A program made the translations under genes and the position numbers. From the NCBI GenBank assembly GCA_044225825.1, contig JBGAIB010000005.1:139967-203966 (forward strand): 64,000 nucleotides of DNA. The letters run 5' to 3'. The notes below the pieces were generated by a model, which was given only the letters and a program-made list of their open reading frames with translations, had not been told where the DNA came from and ran no database searches. Of the stretch, positions 45,961 through 55,232 are shown piece after piece (the stretch's first letter is position 1; every line of letters begins with the position of its first letter). The DNA is from Chitinophagales bacterium. GTDB taxonomy: Bacteria > Bacteroidota > Bacteroidia > Chitinophagales > LD1.

Positions 45961-47202
45961 ATGAAGAATTACCTGCCCCTGCTTTTGTTTTTAGTGCTTA
46001 CTAATTATGTACAGGCCCTGAACTTTGAAGGTCCGCATTTGCTTAGCTACAAGCTGTTTAAAACCATAACCAAAGAGGAACTGCTGAAAACGCTGCACGA
46101 CAAAAAGATACCCAAAAGCATGGTAAAGGTGCGCGGCGATGTAGAGGTGTACGACATCAGCTATAAAACCTGCTGGCACGATGGGGTATGTATTAAAGCC
46201 ACCGGACTGTATTTTGTTCCGAAGAACAGGACCGAACCATTAGCGGAGACGGTAATACACCACGGCACCCGTATGCATACCGACCGCAGTCAGAAATTAG
46301 GCGCACAGGAAATGCTGTGTGTGGGTATGGCGGCAGATAACTATGCGGTGTTGTTGCCCGATTATGTAGGCCTTGGAGGCGGTGATAAGTTTCACCTGTA
46401 TCTGGATGCCAATACCGAAGGCCATGCCACCGCTGATATGTTGTATGCGGTGCGGGAATTGAACGATACCCTGAACGTGAGACTGAACGGCCAGCTTTTT
46501 TTAAGCGGTTACTCTCAGGGCGGGCATGCCTGCATGGCGGCTGCCAAACTGCTGCAGGAGCAATATGCCAAAGATTTTACCGTAACTGCAGCGGCACCTA
46601 TGAGCGGCCCGTATGATTTACAAGGTGTGCAAAGCCATGTAATGTTTGAGCGCTACACCCAGCCTTTGTATTTGCCTTATATGCTGCTAAGCTTTAACGA
46701 GGTTTACCACCTTGTGCCTGATATTAATGCGATATACCGCCCACCCTATGATAGTCTTTTGCGTAACCTGTTTGACGGCAAGCATAACCTGCGGCAAATA
46801 AGTGAAGCCATGCCTGATACCCCTTACCTGATGCTGAAAGACTCGTTTATCAACCTGTATTTAAACGATCCGGATTTCCCGATTCGCAAAGCGCTGCGCG
46901 ATAATTCGTTGACCGACTGGAAGCCTGAAATGCCCATGCTGCTGTGCTATTGCGATGCCGATGAACAAGTGAAACCCGCCAATGCTAAGGTGGCAGCAGA
47001 AAGCTTTAAGGAAAAGGGCGCCAAACACATCCGGCTGCTGGATGCAGGACGTAAATACACCCATACCAAATGCGCGCTGTTCGCCTTTATGTATGGTAAA
47101 CTGTATTTTGATAGTTTCAGGAACGGCAGCAAATACGGACGAAGGGGCAAGGTAGGCCCGCGCTTTATGCTGGCGCTGGCCAAGCTGGCCGTAAAACGCT
47201 AA
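45961..47202 (+). CDS. secreted alpha/beta hydrolase (lipase family)
   Basis: Signal peptide. Canonical nucleophile elbow GYSQGGHA. 413 aa. Confidence 0.7.
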   Translation: MKNYLPLLLFLVLTNYVQALNFEGPHLLSYKLFKTITKEELLKTLHDKKIPKSMVKVRGDVEVYDISYKTCWHDGVCIKATGLYFVPKNRTEPLAETVIHHGTRMHTDRSQKLGAQEMLCVGMAADNYAVLLPDYVGLGGGDKFHLYLDANTEGHATADMLYAVRELNDTLNVRLNGQLFLSGYSQGGHACMAAAKLLQEQYAKDFTVTAAAPMSGPYDLQGVQSHVMFERYTQPLYLPYMLLSFNEVYHLVPDINAIYRPPYDSLLRNLFDGKHNLRQISEAMPDTPYLMLKDSFINLYLNDPDFPIRKALRDNSLTDWKPEMPMLLCYCDADEQVKPANAKVAAESFKEKGAKHIRLLDAGRKYTHTKCALFAFMYGKLYFDSFRNGSKYGRRGKVGPRFMLALAKLAVKR

Positions 47203-47342
47203 AGCCGCAACGGATAAAAACCAGTTTCACACTCAACTATTTACAGGCTTTTATTTCCTTTGAGCAGAATTGTTAGCCCAAAAATGATGGGCCACACAAT
47301 ATTATTTCGTTAACACGTTTTTAACAGAATTAACCCCTGGTG

Positions 47343-48374
47343 ATGGAGATTACTGCGAAGGAACTGGCTGTGTTGCTGAACGCCAAGTTAGAAGGAAACC
47401 CTGATGCAAAAGTCAGCAAACTGGCCAAAATAGAAGAGGCCGACAAGGATTCGTTCTGCTTTCTTGCCAACCCTAAGTATTTTCATTTTGCGCAAACGGC
47501 TACAGCCGGCATTTTACTGTGCGATGAAGTATTGGAATACAACAAAGCGAACATCGGCGCAGCACTGCGCGTAACGGATCCTTATACGGCGTTCCAAAAG
47601 TTAATGGAATTATATGCGGCCATGACTGCCAAACAACAAAGCGCCGGCATTGATAAGCAGAGCAGCATAGGCAAGGGCAGTACGTATGGCGAAAACCTTT
47701 ACCTGGGACCGTTTAGCGCCATAGGCGAAAACGTAAAAATAGGTAACAACGTAAAAATTTACCCCAACTGCTACATCGGCGATAATGCCGTACTAGGCGA
47801 TAATACGATACTGTATTCGCATGTAGCGGTGTATCACGATTGTAAGATCGGAAATAACTGTATCGTGCATTCGGGTGCAGTTATAGGGGCAGATGGTTTT
47901 GGGTTTGCCCCACAGGAAGGAGGCACTTATAAAAAGATACCTCAAACCGGTAATGTGGTAATTGGCAACGATGTTGAAATTGGCGCCAATACCTGCATTG
48001 ACCGGGCTGTGATTGGAGCTACTGTAATTGGTAACGGCGTTAAACTGGACAACCTGATACAGGTGGCCCACAATGTTGAACTGGGTGATAACACGGTTAT
48101 TGCTGCGCAGGTAGGCATTTCGGGCAGCACACGCATGGGCAAAAATGTGTTGATAGGCGGGCAGGCCGGCATTACAGGCCACCTGACCATAGCCGATGGT
48201 GTAAAGATACAGGCACAGGCAGCCGTAATACGCGATGTGGAAGAGAAAGGCAAGGGCTTATCGGGCGTGCCGGCTATTGATGCACGCGAACATTACAGGC
48301 AACTGGCGGCGATTAAGCAACTGCCGGAGCTGATAAAAAAAGTAAAAGAGCTGGAGCGTAAATTGACTAGTTAA
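47343..48374 (+). CDS. lpxD: UDP-3-O-(3-hydroxyacyl)glucosamine N-acyltransferase
   Basis: LpxD N-domain followed by long left-handed beta-helix hexapeptide repeats (IGNNVKIYPNCYIGDNAVLGDNTILY...). Synteny with lpxC/fabZ and lpxA. GTG at 47340 is an alternative start. Confidence 0.9.
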   Translation: MEITAKELAVLLNAKLEGNPDAKVSKLAKIEEADKDSFCFLANPKYFHFAQTATAGILLCDEVLEYNKANIGAALRVTDPYTAFQKLMELYAAMTAKQQSAGIDKQSSIGKGSTYGENLYLGPFSAIGENVKIGNNVKIYPNCYIGDNAVLGDNTILYSHVAVYHDCKIGNNCIVHSGAVIGADGFGFAPQEGGTYKKIPQTGNVVIGNDVEIGANTCIDRAVIGATVIGNGVKLDNLIQVAHNVELGDNTVIAAQVGISGSTRMGKNVLIGGQAGITGHLTIADGVKIQAQAAVIRDVEEKGKGLSGVPAIDAREHYRQLAAIKQLPELIKKVKELERKLTS

Positions 48375-48422
48375 AGCGGGTAAAACCGGTAAATGTGCTA
48401 CTATGGGGGGCTTAATCAGAAA

Positions 48423-48455
48423 TTGTCTAAATAATACGCTAAAAACTTACATTTG
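48423..48455 (+). promoter_or_regulatory. candidate internal promoter before lpxC/fabZ
   Basis: TACATTTG at 48448-48455 matches TAnnTTTG. TTG at 48423-48425. The motif is 22 nt before the ATG. Confidence 0.3.
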
Positions 48456-48476
48456 CCCACTTTTAAGGATTTGTGA

Positions 48477-49880
48477 ATGAACCATTCCTACCAGCAAACA
48501 ATTAAGAAAGAGGTTTCCCTTTCAGGTGTTGGACTACATACCGGTAAAAATGTTACCGTAAAATTCCTGCCCGCGCCGCCTAACCACGGCATTAAGTTTC
48601 AGCGTATAGACTTACCTGATCAGCCAATTATACCGGCTGATTGCGATTTAGTAACCACGGTGCAACGCGGCACCACCCTGGAAAAAAACGGCGGTATAGT
48701 TGCTACTGTAGAGCACCTGATGAGTGCCCTTGTTGGCTTACAAATAGATAATGCCCTGGTGCAGGTAGATGGCATTGAGATACCGATTATAGACGGCAGC
48801 GCCCTGCCTTTTGTAGAAGCCCTGGAAAGTGCCGGTGTGCAGGAACAAAATGAAGAACGCGAAGTATTTGAATTACGCCAGAACATTCACTACGCCGATA
48901 AAGAAAGCGGTGTGGAATACCTGGCGATGCCGAGCAACCGCTACAAAGTAACGGCACTTATTGATTATAAAAGCGAAGTATTAGGTCAACAACATGCCAG
49001 TATGGAGCGCATGATGGACTTTAAAAATGAAATAGCCCCATCGCGCACGTTTTGCTTTTTGCATGAACTGGAAATGCTTTATGAAGCAGGCCTTATTAAA
49101 GGCGGCGATTTGAATAATGCCATTGTAGTAGTAGATAAGCCGATCACTGAACCAGAGCGTTTGCGCCTGGCGGCCCTCTTCAATAAGCCTGACATTACCG
49201 TGGTGGAAGAAGGTATTTTAAACAACATTAAACTACACCACCACAATGAACCTGCCCGGCATAAACTACTGGATGTGGTTGGTGACTTAGGGCTGGTAGG
49301 TACCCCCATTAACGCTAATATTATTGCCACCAAACCGGGGCACAAACACAATATTGAATTTGCCAAAGTGCTGAAACAGCACATTAAGCAGGAGCGCATG
49401 AAAGATCCTGCACCGGTTTACGACCCCAACAAGCCACCGGTATATGATGCCATAGGTATTGAAAAAATACTGCCGCACCGTTACCCTTTTTTGCTGATAG
49501 ATAAAATCATACACCTTACCGAAAGCGAGGTGGTGGGTTTAAAAGCGGTGACCTTTAACGAGGAGTTTTTCCGCGGGCATTTCCCAGGTAATCCGATTAT
49601 GCCGGGTGTTTTGCAACTGGAGGCCATGGCCCAAACAGGGGGCATACTGGTGTTGCACAAGGTGCCTGATCCGCACAACTACGACACTTACTTTCTGAAA
49701 ATAGATAAGGTAAAATTCCGCAACCATGTGGTGCCGGGCGATACCGTGTTGTTTAAACTGGAGATGCTGGGGCCTATGCGCCGTGGTATTATTGAAATGA
49801 AAGGCTCGGCTTACGTAGGCAACAAACTGGTAAGCGAAGCTGAATTAATGGCCAAAATTCAACGGAAAGAAGGCAAGTAA
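48477..49880 (+). CDS. lpxC/fabZ: bifunctional UDP-3-O-acyl-GlcNAc deacetylase / 3-hydroxyacyl-ACP dehydratase
   Basis: N-terminal LpxC (GVGLHTGKNV, TVEHLMSAL, HHNEPARHKLLD). C-terminal FabZ hot-dog (LPHRYPFLLIDKI, FFRGHFPGNPIMPGVLQLEAMAQ). This fusion is characteristic of Bacteroidota. Confidence 0.95.
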   Translation: MNHSYQQTIKKEVSLSGVGLHTGKNVTVKFLPAPPNHGIKFQRIDLPDQPIIPADCDLVTTVQRGTTLEKNGGIVATVEHLMSALVGLQIDNALVQVDGIEIPIIDGSALPFVEALESAGVQEQNEEREVFELRQNIHYADKESGVEYLAMPSNRYKVTALIDYKSEVLGQQHASMERMMDFKNEIAPSRTFCFLHELEMLYEAGLIKGGDLNNAIVVVDKPITEPERLRLAALFNKPDITVVEEGILNNIKLHHHNEPARHKLLDVVGDLGLVGTPINANIIATKPGHKHNIEFAKVLKQHIKQERMKDPAPVYDPNKPPVYDAIGIEKILPHRYPFLLIDKIIHLTESEVVGLKAVTFNEEFFRGHFPGNPIMPGVLQLEAMAQTGGILVLHKVPDPHNYDTYFLKIDKVKFRNHVVPGDTVLFKLEMLGPMRRGIIEMKGSAYVGNKLVSEAELMAKIQRKEGK

Positions 49881-49902
49881 AAAACGCTCCAACAGTTACG
49901 CA

Positions 49903-50694
49903 ATGAATCAACCCTTTTCTTATATCCACCCCAGTGCCGAGATTGCTGATAACGTGGTAATTGAACCTTTTGTATCGATCTCGAAAGATGTGGTAATTGG
50001 GGAAGGCACCTGGATAGGTTCGCACGTAACCATTATGGAAGGCGCCCGGATAGGTAAAAACTGCAGGATTTTCCCCGGTGCGGTAATCAGCGCTATACCT
50101 CAGGACCTGAAATACAAGGGGGAGAAAAGTGTTGTGGAAATAGGCGATAACGTTACCATCCGCGAGTTTGTAACGGTAAACAAGGGTACTGAAGCAAGCA
50201 TGAAAACCGTTATCGGCAACAACAGTTTGCTGATGGCCTATGTGCACATTGCACACGATTGCATTATCGGCAACAATTGTGTGCTGGCGAACAACGCCAA
50301 TTTAGCAGGCCACGTGGAGGTAGGTGATTTCAGTATACTTGGAGGGTCCACCAATTTTCAGCAGTTTACCAAGATAGGGCGCCATGTAATTGTAAGCGGA
50401 GGCTGTTTGGTGAATAAGGATATACCACCTTTTGTACGGGCGGCCCGCCACCCTACTACGTATGCCGGTGTAAACTCGATAGGCCTGCGCCGCAGGGGGT
50501 ATACCACCCAACAGATAAACGAGATACTGGATATTTACCGGATACTTTACATCCGCGGCTATAACACCTCAACGGCCTTAAAAATTATTGAGGCCGAAAT
50601 TACCGACAGCCCCGATAAGGATGAGATAGTGACCTTTACACGTGAAAGTGTGCGGGGCATTATGAAAGGGTTTAAGAGTTCCAGCGAAGAATAA
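49903..50694 (+). CDS. lpxA: acyl-ACP--UDP-N-acetylglucosamine O-acyltransferase
   Basis: Hexapeptide beta-helix then the helical C-domain (GVNSIGLRRRGY). 263 aa. Synteny supports the call. Confidence 0.9.
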   Translation: MNQPFSYIHPSAEIADNVVIEPFVSISKDVVIGEGTWIGSHVTIMEGARIGKNCRIFPGAVISAIPQDLKYKGEKSVVEIGDNVTIREFVTVNKGTEASMKTVIGNNSLLMAYVHIAHDCIIGNNCVLANNANLAGHVEVGDFSILGGSTNFQQFTKIGRHVIVSGGCLVNKDIPPFVRAARHPTTYAGVNSIGLRRRGYTTQQINEILDIYRILYIRGYNTSTALKIIEAEITDSPDKDEIVTFTRESVRGIMKGFKSSSEE

Positions 50695-50702
50695 TACTTA
50701 CA

Positions 50703-50735
50703 GGCAGCGCTAATAACGCTGCCATTTTTATTTTT
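50703..50735 (+). terminator. terminator-like hairpin between lpxA and the ABC ATPase gene
   Basis: GGCAGCG-ctaataa-CGCTGCC followed by ATTTTTATTTTT. The next ATG is only 7 nt further. Confidence 0.55.
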
Positions 50736-50741
50736 ACAACC

Positions 50742-51380
50742 ATGCATTCCTCCAAAGCCGGCTTAGTTCCTACCTCTGTTGTGTTACACGATGTGGGAAA
50801 AAAGTTTGGCAGCAATTACATTTTTAAAGGCATCAGCAAGCAGTTTATGACCGGCGGGTGGTATGCCATTGTGGGAGTCAATGGCAGCGGCAAAAGCACG
50901 CTTTTAAAGATCATAGCAGGCATGCTAACCCCTAACCAGGGCACCATCGAGTGGCAACAGAACAGTAAGCCTGTTAAGGCAGATGACATCTACCGCGAAG
51001 TAGCCTTCTGCTCGCCTTATACCGAATTGCCGGAAGAACTAACCCTGCGCGAATTGCTGGATTTTCATCAAAATGCGCGTTCGTTAAGCATACCGGTAAG
51101 CAAACTAATAGAAGAACTGGCCATAGACGGTGACAAGGAAATACGCAACTACAGTAGCGGCATGAAACAGCGCGTAAAACTGGCATTGGCTTTCTACACT
51201 TACAGCAGCATTCTACTATTAGATGAACCTACCGCAAACCTGGATGAACACTGGAGCAACTGGTATTTGCAAAAGATTACTGCTGCAGATGCCCACCAGT
51301 TAATAATTGTGTGCAGCAATATACCCGCCGAATACAGCTTTTGTAAGGATGTGCTGCACATTGACCATTACAAAGTGTAA
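50742..51380 (+). CDS. ABC transporter ATP-binding protein (no adjacent permease)
   Basis: Walker A GVNGSGKST, signature SSGMKQR, Walker B ILLLDEP. Confidence 0.85.
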   Translation: MHSSKAGLVPTSVVLHDVGKKFGSNYIFKGISKQFMTGGWYAIVGVNGSGKSTLLKIIAGMLTPNQGTIEWQQNSKPVKADDIYREVAFCSPYTELPEELTLRELLDFHQNARSLSIPVSKLIEELAIDGDKEIRNYSSGMKQRVKLALAFYTYSSILLLDEPTANLDEHWSNWYLQKITAADAHQLIIVCSNIPAEYSFCKDVLHIDHYKV

Positions 51381-51484
51381 GCCGTAATAGCCGATTTTAT
51401 TTACATTTAATACGGACTAACTCAGCATTCGCCCGCCTTATTACAAAATGCCGGTGTGCATGGCTGCTGCTTTAATACTGTATT

Positions 51485-52189
51485 ATGGAAGAAAAATCGT
51501 TTCTCTCGATCAAGAGTTGGGCGGAGGAAGACCGTCCGCGTGAAAAACTGCTACTGAAAGGTAAGAGCAACCTGAGCGATGCAGAATTGCTTGCGATATT
51601 GCTGCGCACAGGTGTTAAGGGGAATTCGGCCCTGGATATTTCAAAGAAATTGCTGGCAAGGGTTGGAAACAACCTGAATGAACTGGGCAAACTGAGCGTA
51701 GGGGATATTAAGAAAATGGAAAAGGGTTTGGGTGATACCAAGTCGATAACCATTGTTGCAGCGCTGGAGCTGGGCCTTCGGAGGCAGGGCAGCGAGATGC
51801 GTGAGCGACCTGTTATAACCTGCAGCCGCAACAGTTTTGATTACATATACCCCGAGGTTGCAGACCTGCCGCACGAAGAGTTTTATATTATTTACCTGAA
51901 CAAAGCGAACCGGGTTTTAGCGCATCGGAATATCAGTACAGGCGGAGTATCGGGCACGGTAGCAGATGTGCGCATTATTTTAAAACATGCACTTGAACTA
52001 TTGGCCAGCGGACTTGTAGCAGTGCACAACCACCCCAGCGGTAATCTTAAGCCCAGCGAAGCCGATATTCAACTAACGCGCAAACTAAAAGAGGCCTGTA
52101 TGTTAATGGATATTGCATTACTGGACCACCTGATTGTTGGCGACGGTAATAAGCGATATTACAGCTTTGCAGATGAAGGTATGTTGTAG
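51485..52189 (+). CDS. radC: RadC-family JAB/MPN domain protein
   Basis: HhH-like N-terminal part (LSDAELLAILLRTG). JAMM motif VHNHPSGNLKPSEADIQLT. Confidence 0.9.
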   Translation: MEEKSFLSIKSWAEEDRPREKLLLKGKSNLSDAELLAILLRTGVKGNSALDISKKLLARVGNNLNELGKLSVGDIKKMEKGLGDTKSITIVAALELGLRRQGSEMRERPVITCSRNSFDYIYPEVADLPHEEFYIIYLNKANRVLAHRNISTGGVSGTVADVRIILKHALELLASGLVAVHNHPSGNLKPSEADIQLTRKLKEACMLMDIALLDHLIVGDGNKRYYSFADEGML

Positions 52190-52216
52190 GTGAATTATAG
52201 CCCTTGCTACAAAACA

Positions 52217-52255
52217 ACGGCGCCATTCCGCAGGGAATGGCGCCGTATTATTTTG
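52217..52255. terminator. bidirectional terminator between the convergent radC and 52269-54290 genes
   Basis: Perfect 13-bp stem ACGGCGCCATTCC-gcag-GGAATGGCGCCGT. T-rich on both sides (ATTATTTTG on plus, TGTTTTG on minus). Confidence 0.85.
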
Positions 52256-52268
52256 ATTGATACTTGTA

Positions 52269-54290
52269 TTACTTGCTAATTACAAAGCGCAGTGTATTGA
52301 TAACACGGCCATTGTCCTTAACAGAAACAAAGTAAATACCGTTTTCGAAAGCAGCAGTGTTGATGCTGGTTTTGAAGTCGCCTTTGCCAAATTGGCTTGG
52401 CGTGGTGCTGTAAACGTTTTGACCTAATACATTGTAAACTTCAAAGCTCAGACGAGAATCGTTCGCTACTGTGTAGTTGATGTTAACTACGTTAGAAGCA
52501 GGGTTAGGATACAGGCTGATATTGTTTACGTTGAGTTCAGCAATGCCATTTGGTTCGTAAACGGAAGGAGTTGATGTTTGAGAAACAGTACCGTTTAAAG
52601 GAACTTCGATTGCATTCAGGATTTCGTTATGGCCTGATTTTGCGTTTGAGTTATACTCGTGCACAAAAGCTACCAGGTGAACGTGGTTTTCGTTCCAGCC
52701 GGCAGGTAAGGTGTAGGTATATTGCTTGGTGTATTCTCCACCATCGGCAGTAGTAGCAGGCACAATGGCAGAGGTGCCCCAAGAGCCGCCAACTGCTTTA
52801 CGCAGTAAGTGGTTGTGTACATAACCGGCAATTGCCCAGGTACCTGAACCTAAATTGCTGGTACCAACATTTAACCATGGGTTAAGCGTAGTAGGGCTAT
52901 CGTGGTAGTAGCTGTGCTGATCGTAACCTGAACCGCTGCCTACAACGCTATCTTCGATAACATACAGGTTCAAGCGGAAATCGCCGCTAACGGCTGCAAA
53001 GAACTTAGCAGTAACCGAAGCGTTGATTACACGGCTGCCGTTGTCGTAAGTGCTGGTAGCTGATACCATGGCAGGAACTACCATTGCTGCACGCTCGGTA
53101 GTTTTCTCTAACCAGTAGTTGCTTTCAGGGCCTGAACCCATACCGGCTACACCAATTGCTACATCATCCTCACCTTCCCAGTAAACACGGTCGATACAAG
53201 AAGTTGGAGCACCGCTTGCAAAAGCGTTAGCCAGGTCGCTGTGTTCGGTAATAGTCATTGCATCAGTACCGAAACCTGCGTGCAGGGCAACCGGGATAAC
53301 TTTGCTGCCTACGGTAGCATCGGCTTCCACTTCGTTAACACGGGTAGCACCACCAGGGCAGTAACCGCAGGGAACCGTAGTGAATTCTTCTAACACAACA
53401 GCTTTTTCAGGGATAGCGCTCAACGCAACAACAGAGCCTAATTGGCTGTTGTTGGTCAGGTCGGCATCGGTAGTTAAGTTAGGAGCCGAAGCAGTAACAG
53501 TGATGTCGTATACCTGCGCAGTTGACATAGCAATACGCTGGCTGAATTGGAAATTATAGGTTTGGAAAGGCTGGATATTTAAGCCGGTAAAGCTTTGGTT
53601 AACCGCAGCACCACCGTTTACGGTGTAGCTAAGATCGAACGAAGTGATGGTGTTGTAACCTTCGTTAGACACGGTGCCTTTAACAGCCTGGTCGCTCAAA
53701 CCAACATATTTAGTCAGGTTCAGGTTAGTTAAAGCAATATCAACCGGAGCCGGTTCGAATACTTTGATATCATCAACTGCCCACCAGTAGTCGTAATCGC
53801 CCTGGTAGTTGAACTTGATATAAACAGTAGCCTGGTTAGCAGCTAAACCACTGATATCAACTTTAACCACGTGCGGATTATCAGTTGTAGAAGATACGGT
53901 GTAAACTTCAGACCAGTTGCTGTTATCAGTACTAACAGAAACAGTGCCTGAACTGGCGTTATACTGCGCGAAGAACTCTTCGAATTGCAGGGTAACATGG
54001 CTGTAACCACTACAGTTGATCGCCGCACTAATTAAGCTTGCATTTTCCGGTTTGCTGTCGTTGCCTTTAGCATCCGAGTCAAAAATCCAAAAGCCGTTGC
54101 TGGCTGTGGTGCTGGCAAAACTGTGAGAGCTGGTTTTGCGGGCCCAGGTACCTGCACCATTACCGCTTTGGTCAACGTTCTGCCAACCAGCAGGTAAAGA
54201 GGTACTTGAAAAGTTTTGCGTGTAAATTGTTGTTTGAGCCTGTAGGCCTAACGACACGAACACGGCAAAAGCGAGTATAACTTTTTTCAT
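52269..54290 (-). CDS. secreted choice-of-anchor-J-like / Omp28-related protein with T9SS C-terminal sorting domain
   Basis: Signal peptide. N-terminal IYTQNFSS...LPAGWQNVDQSGNG...W segment. Central EEFTTVPCGYCPGG (thioredoxin-fold CxxC as in Omp28-related proteins). C-terminus LYPNPASNVVNINY...FVISK. Confidence 0.7.
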   Translation of the reverse strand: MKKVILAFAVFVSLGLQAQTTIYTQNFSSTSLPAGWQNVDQSGNGAGTWARKTSSHSFASTTASNGFWIFDSDAKGNDSKPENASLISAAINCSGYSHVTLQFEEFFAQYNASSGTVSVSTDNSNWSEVYTVSSTTDNPHVVKVDISGLAANQATVYIKFNYQGDYDYWWAVDDIKVFEPAPVDIALTNLNLTKYVGLSDQAVKGTVSNEGYNTITSFDLSYTVNGGAAVNQSFTGLNIQPFQTYNFQFSQRIAMSTAQVYDITVTASAPNLTTDADLTNNSQLGSVVALSAIPEKAVVLEEFTTVPCGYCPGGATRVNEVEADATVGSKVIPVALHAGFGTDAMTITEHSDLANAFASGAPTSCIDRVYWEGEDDVAIGVAGMGSGPESNYWLEKTTERAAMVVPAMVSATSTYDNGSRVINASVTAKFFAAVSGDFRLNLYVIEDSVVGSGSGYDQHSYYHDSPTTLNPWLNVGTSNLGSGTWAIAGYVHNHLLRKAVGGSWGTSAIVPATTADGGEYTKQYTYTLPAGWNENHVHLVAFVHEYNSNAKSGHNEILNAIEVPLNGTVSQTSTPSVYEPNGIAELNVNNISLYPNPASNVVNINYTVANDSRLSFEVYNVLGQNVYSTTPSQFGKGDFKTSINTAAFENGIYFVSVKDNGRVINTLRFVISK

Positions 54291-54434
54291 GTCTAAAATT
54301 GATTTGTTTGAGAATTTCGAATAGTGAAGGTAAATGGTTTCTGTTAATTTACATAAAGCAACATTTGTTTAAAAATTTGTTGTTAATAACTAGCTATTGG
54401 GCTAACTTCGTTGCCAGTTCATCAAAAAACCGTT

Positions 54435-55160
54435 ATGCGCTTAAAACTTTACTTTTTAGTTTTTATCAGTGTAGCCATATCACATGTTGCTGGTGCTCAG
54501 GCATTTATAGGCAGCCCTAATGATTCGGCATTTTTAAATACCAGCGTTCCGGATCAGTATACACCGGCCGAGGTGCATATCCACCTAATTAACAATAGCG
54601 GCCAGGGACAGCAGATTAGCTGGGCGCTCGTAAATTATACCATACCTACCCCGGCATGGGAAGTTGCCCTGTGCGACAACGTTAACTGCTACGATATGAA
54701 AATTAACCCGGGCCCACACCTGAGTAATACCGTAGCTGCAGGTGACAGCATGGACACCAAATTTCAGTTTACCGCGCATTGTGTAAACGGAACCGGCGAA
54801 TGCAACATCGCCTTTTGGATTGACGGCGACAGCGCTAATACCGTTACAGTATTGAACTATAAGGCGCAAATTTTTAACGAGTGCGTAAACGCTGTTGCAG
54901 AGATCAACAAGAACAGCCTGCATTTGTATCCGAACCCGGTTAAACGTTCGTTTATGGTTACCGGTATTGAGAATGCCGGAAATCTGGAGTTTGAAGTATA
55001 TGACCTGCAGGGCCGTTTGGTTGAATCGCAAGTTACAAGTGCTACTGCCGAAATGGTTGAAATTTCAATAGCTAATCTGCCACCGGCCAGCTATGTATTA
55101 AAAGCATTCGACAGAAACGGCAAGGTGGTTGCTACCAGTCAACTTACGAAGTCGGAATAA
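54435..55160 (+). CDS. secreted hypothetical protein with T9SS C-terminal sorting domain
   Basis: ATG at 54435 (MRLKLYFLVFISVAISHVAGAQ). C-terminus LYPNPVKRSFMV...LTKSE is a type A CTD. Confidence 0.7.
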   Translation: MRLKLYFLVFISVAISHVAGAQAFIGSPNDSAFLNTSVPDQYTPAEVHIHLINNSGQGQQISWALVNYTIPTPAWEVALCDNVNCYDMKINPGPHLSNTVAAGDSMDTKFQFTAHCVNGTGECNIAFWIDGDSANTVTVLNYKAQIFNECVNAVAEINKNSLHLYPNPVKRSFMVTGIENAGNLEFEVYDLQGRLVESQVTSATAEMVEISIANLPPASYVLKAFDRNGKVVATSQLTKSE

Positions 55161-55184
55161 GTAAATAGTATTTACGACTACCAA

Positions 55185-55217
55185 TAAAAAAGCCCCTTCG
55201 TTTGGAGGGGCTTTTTT
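55185..55217. terminator. bidirectional terminator between convergent genes
   Basis: A7-GCCCCTTC-gttt-GGAGGGGC-T6. The 8-bp stem includes one G-U pair. Confidence 0.85.
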
Positions 55218-55232
55218 ATTGGCTCTTTGTTT

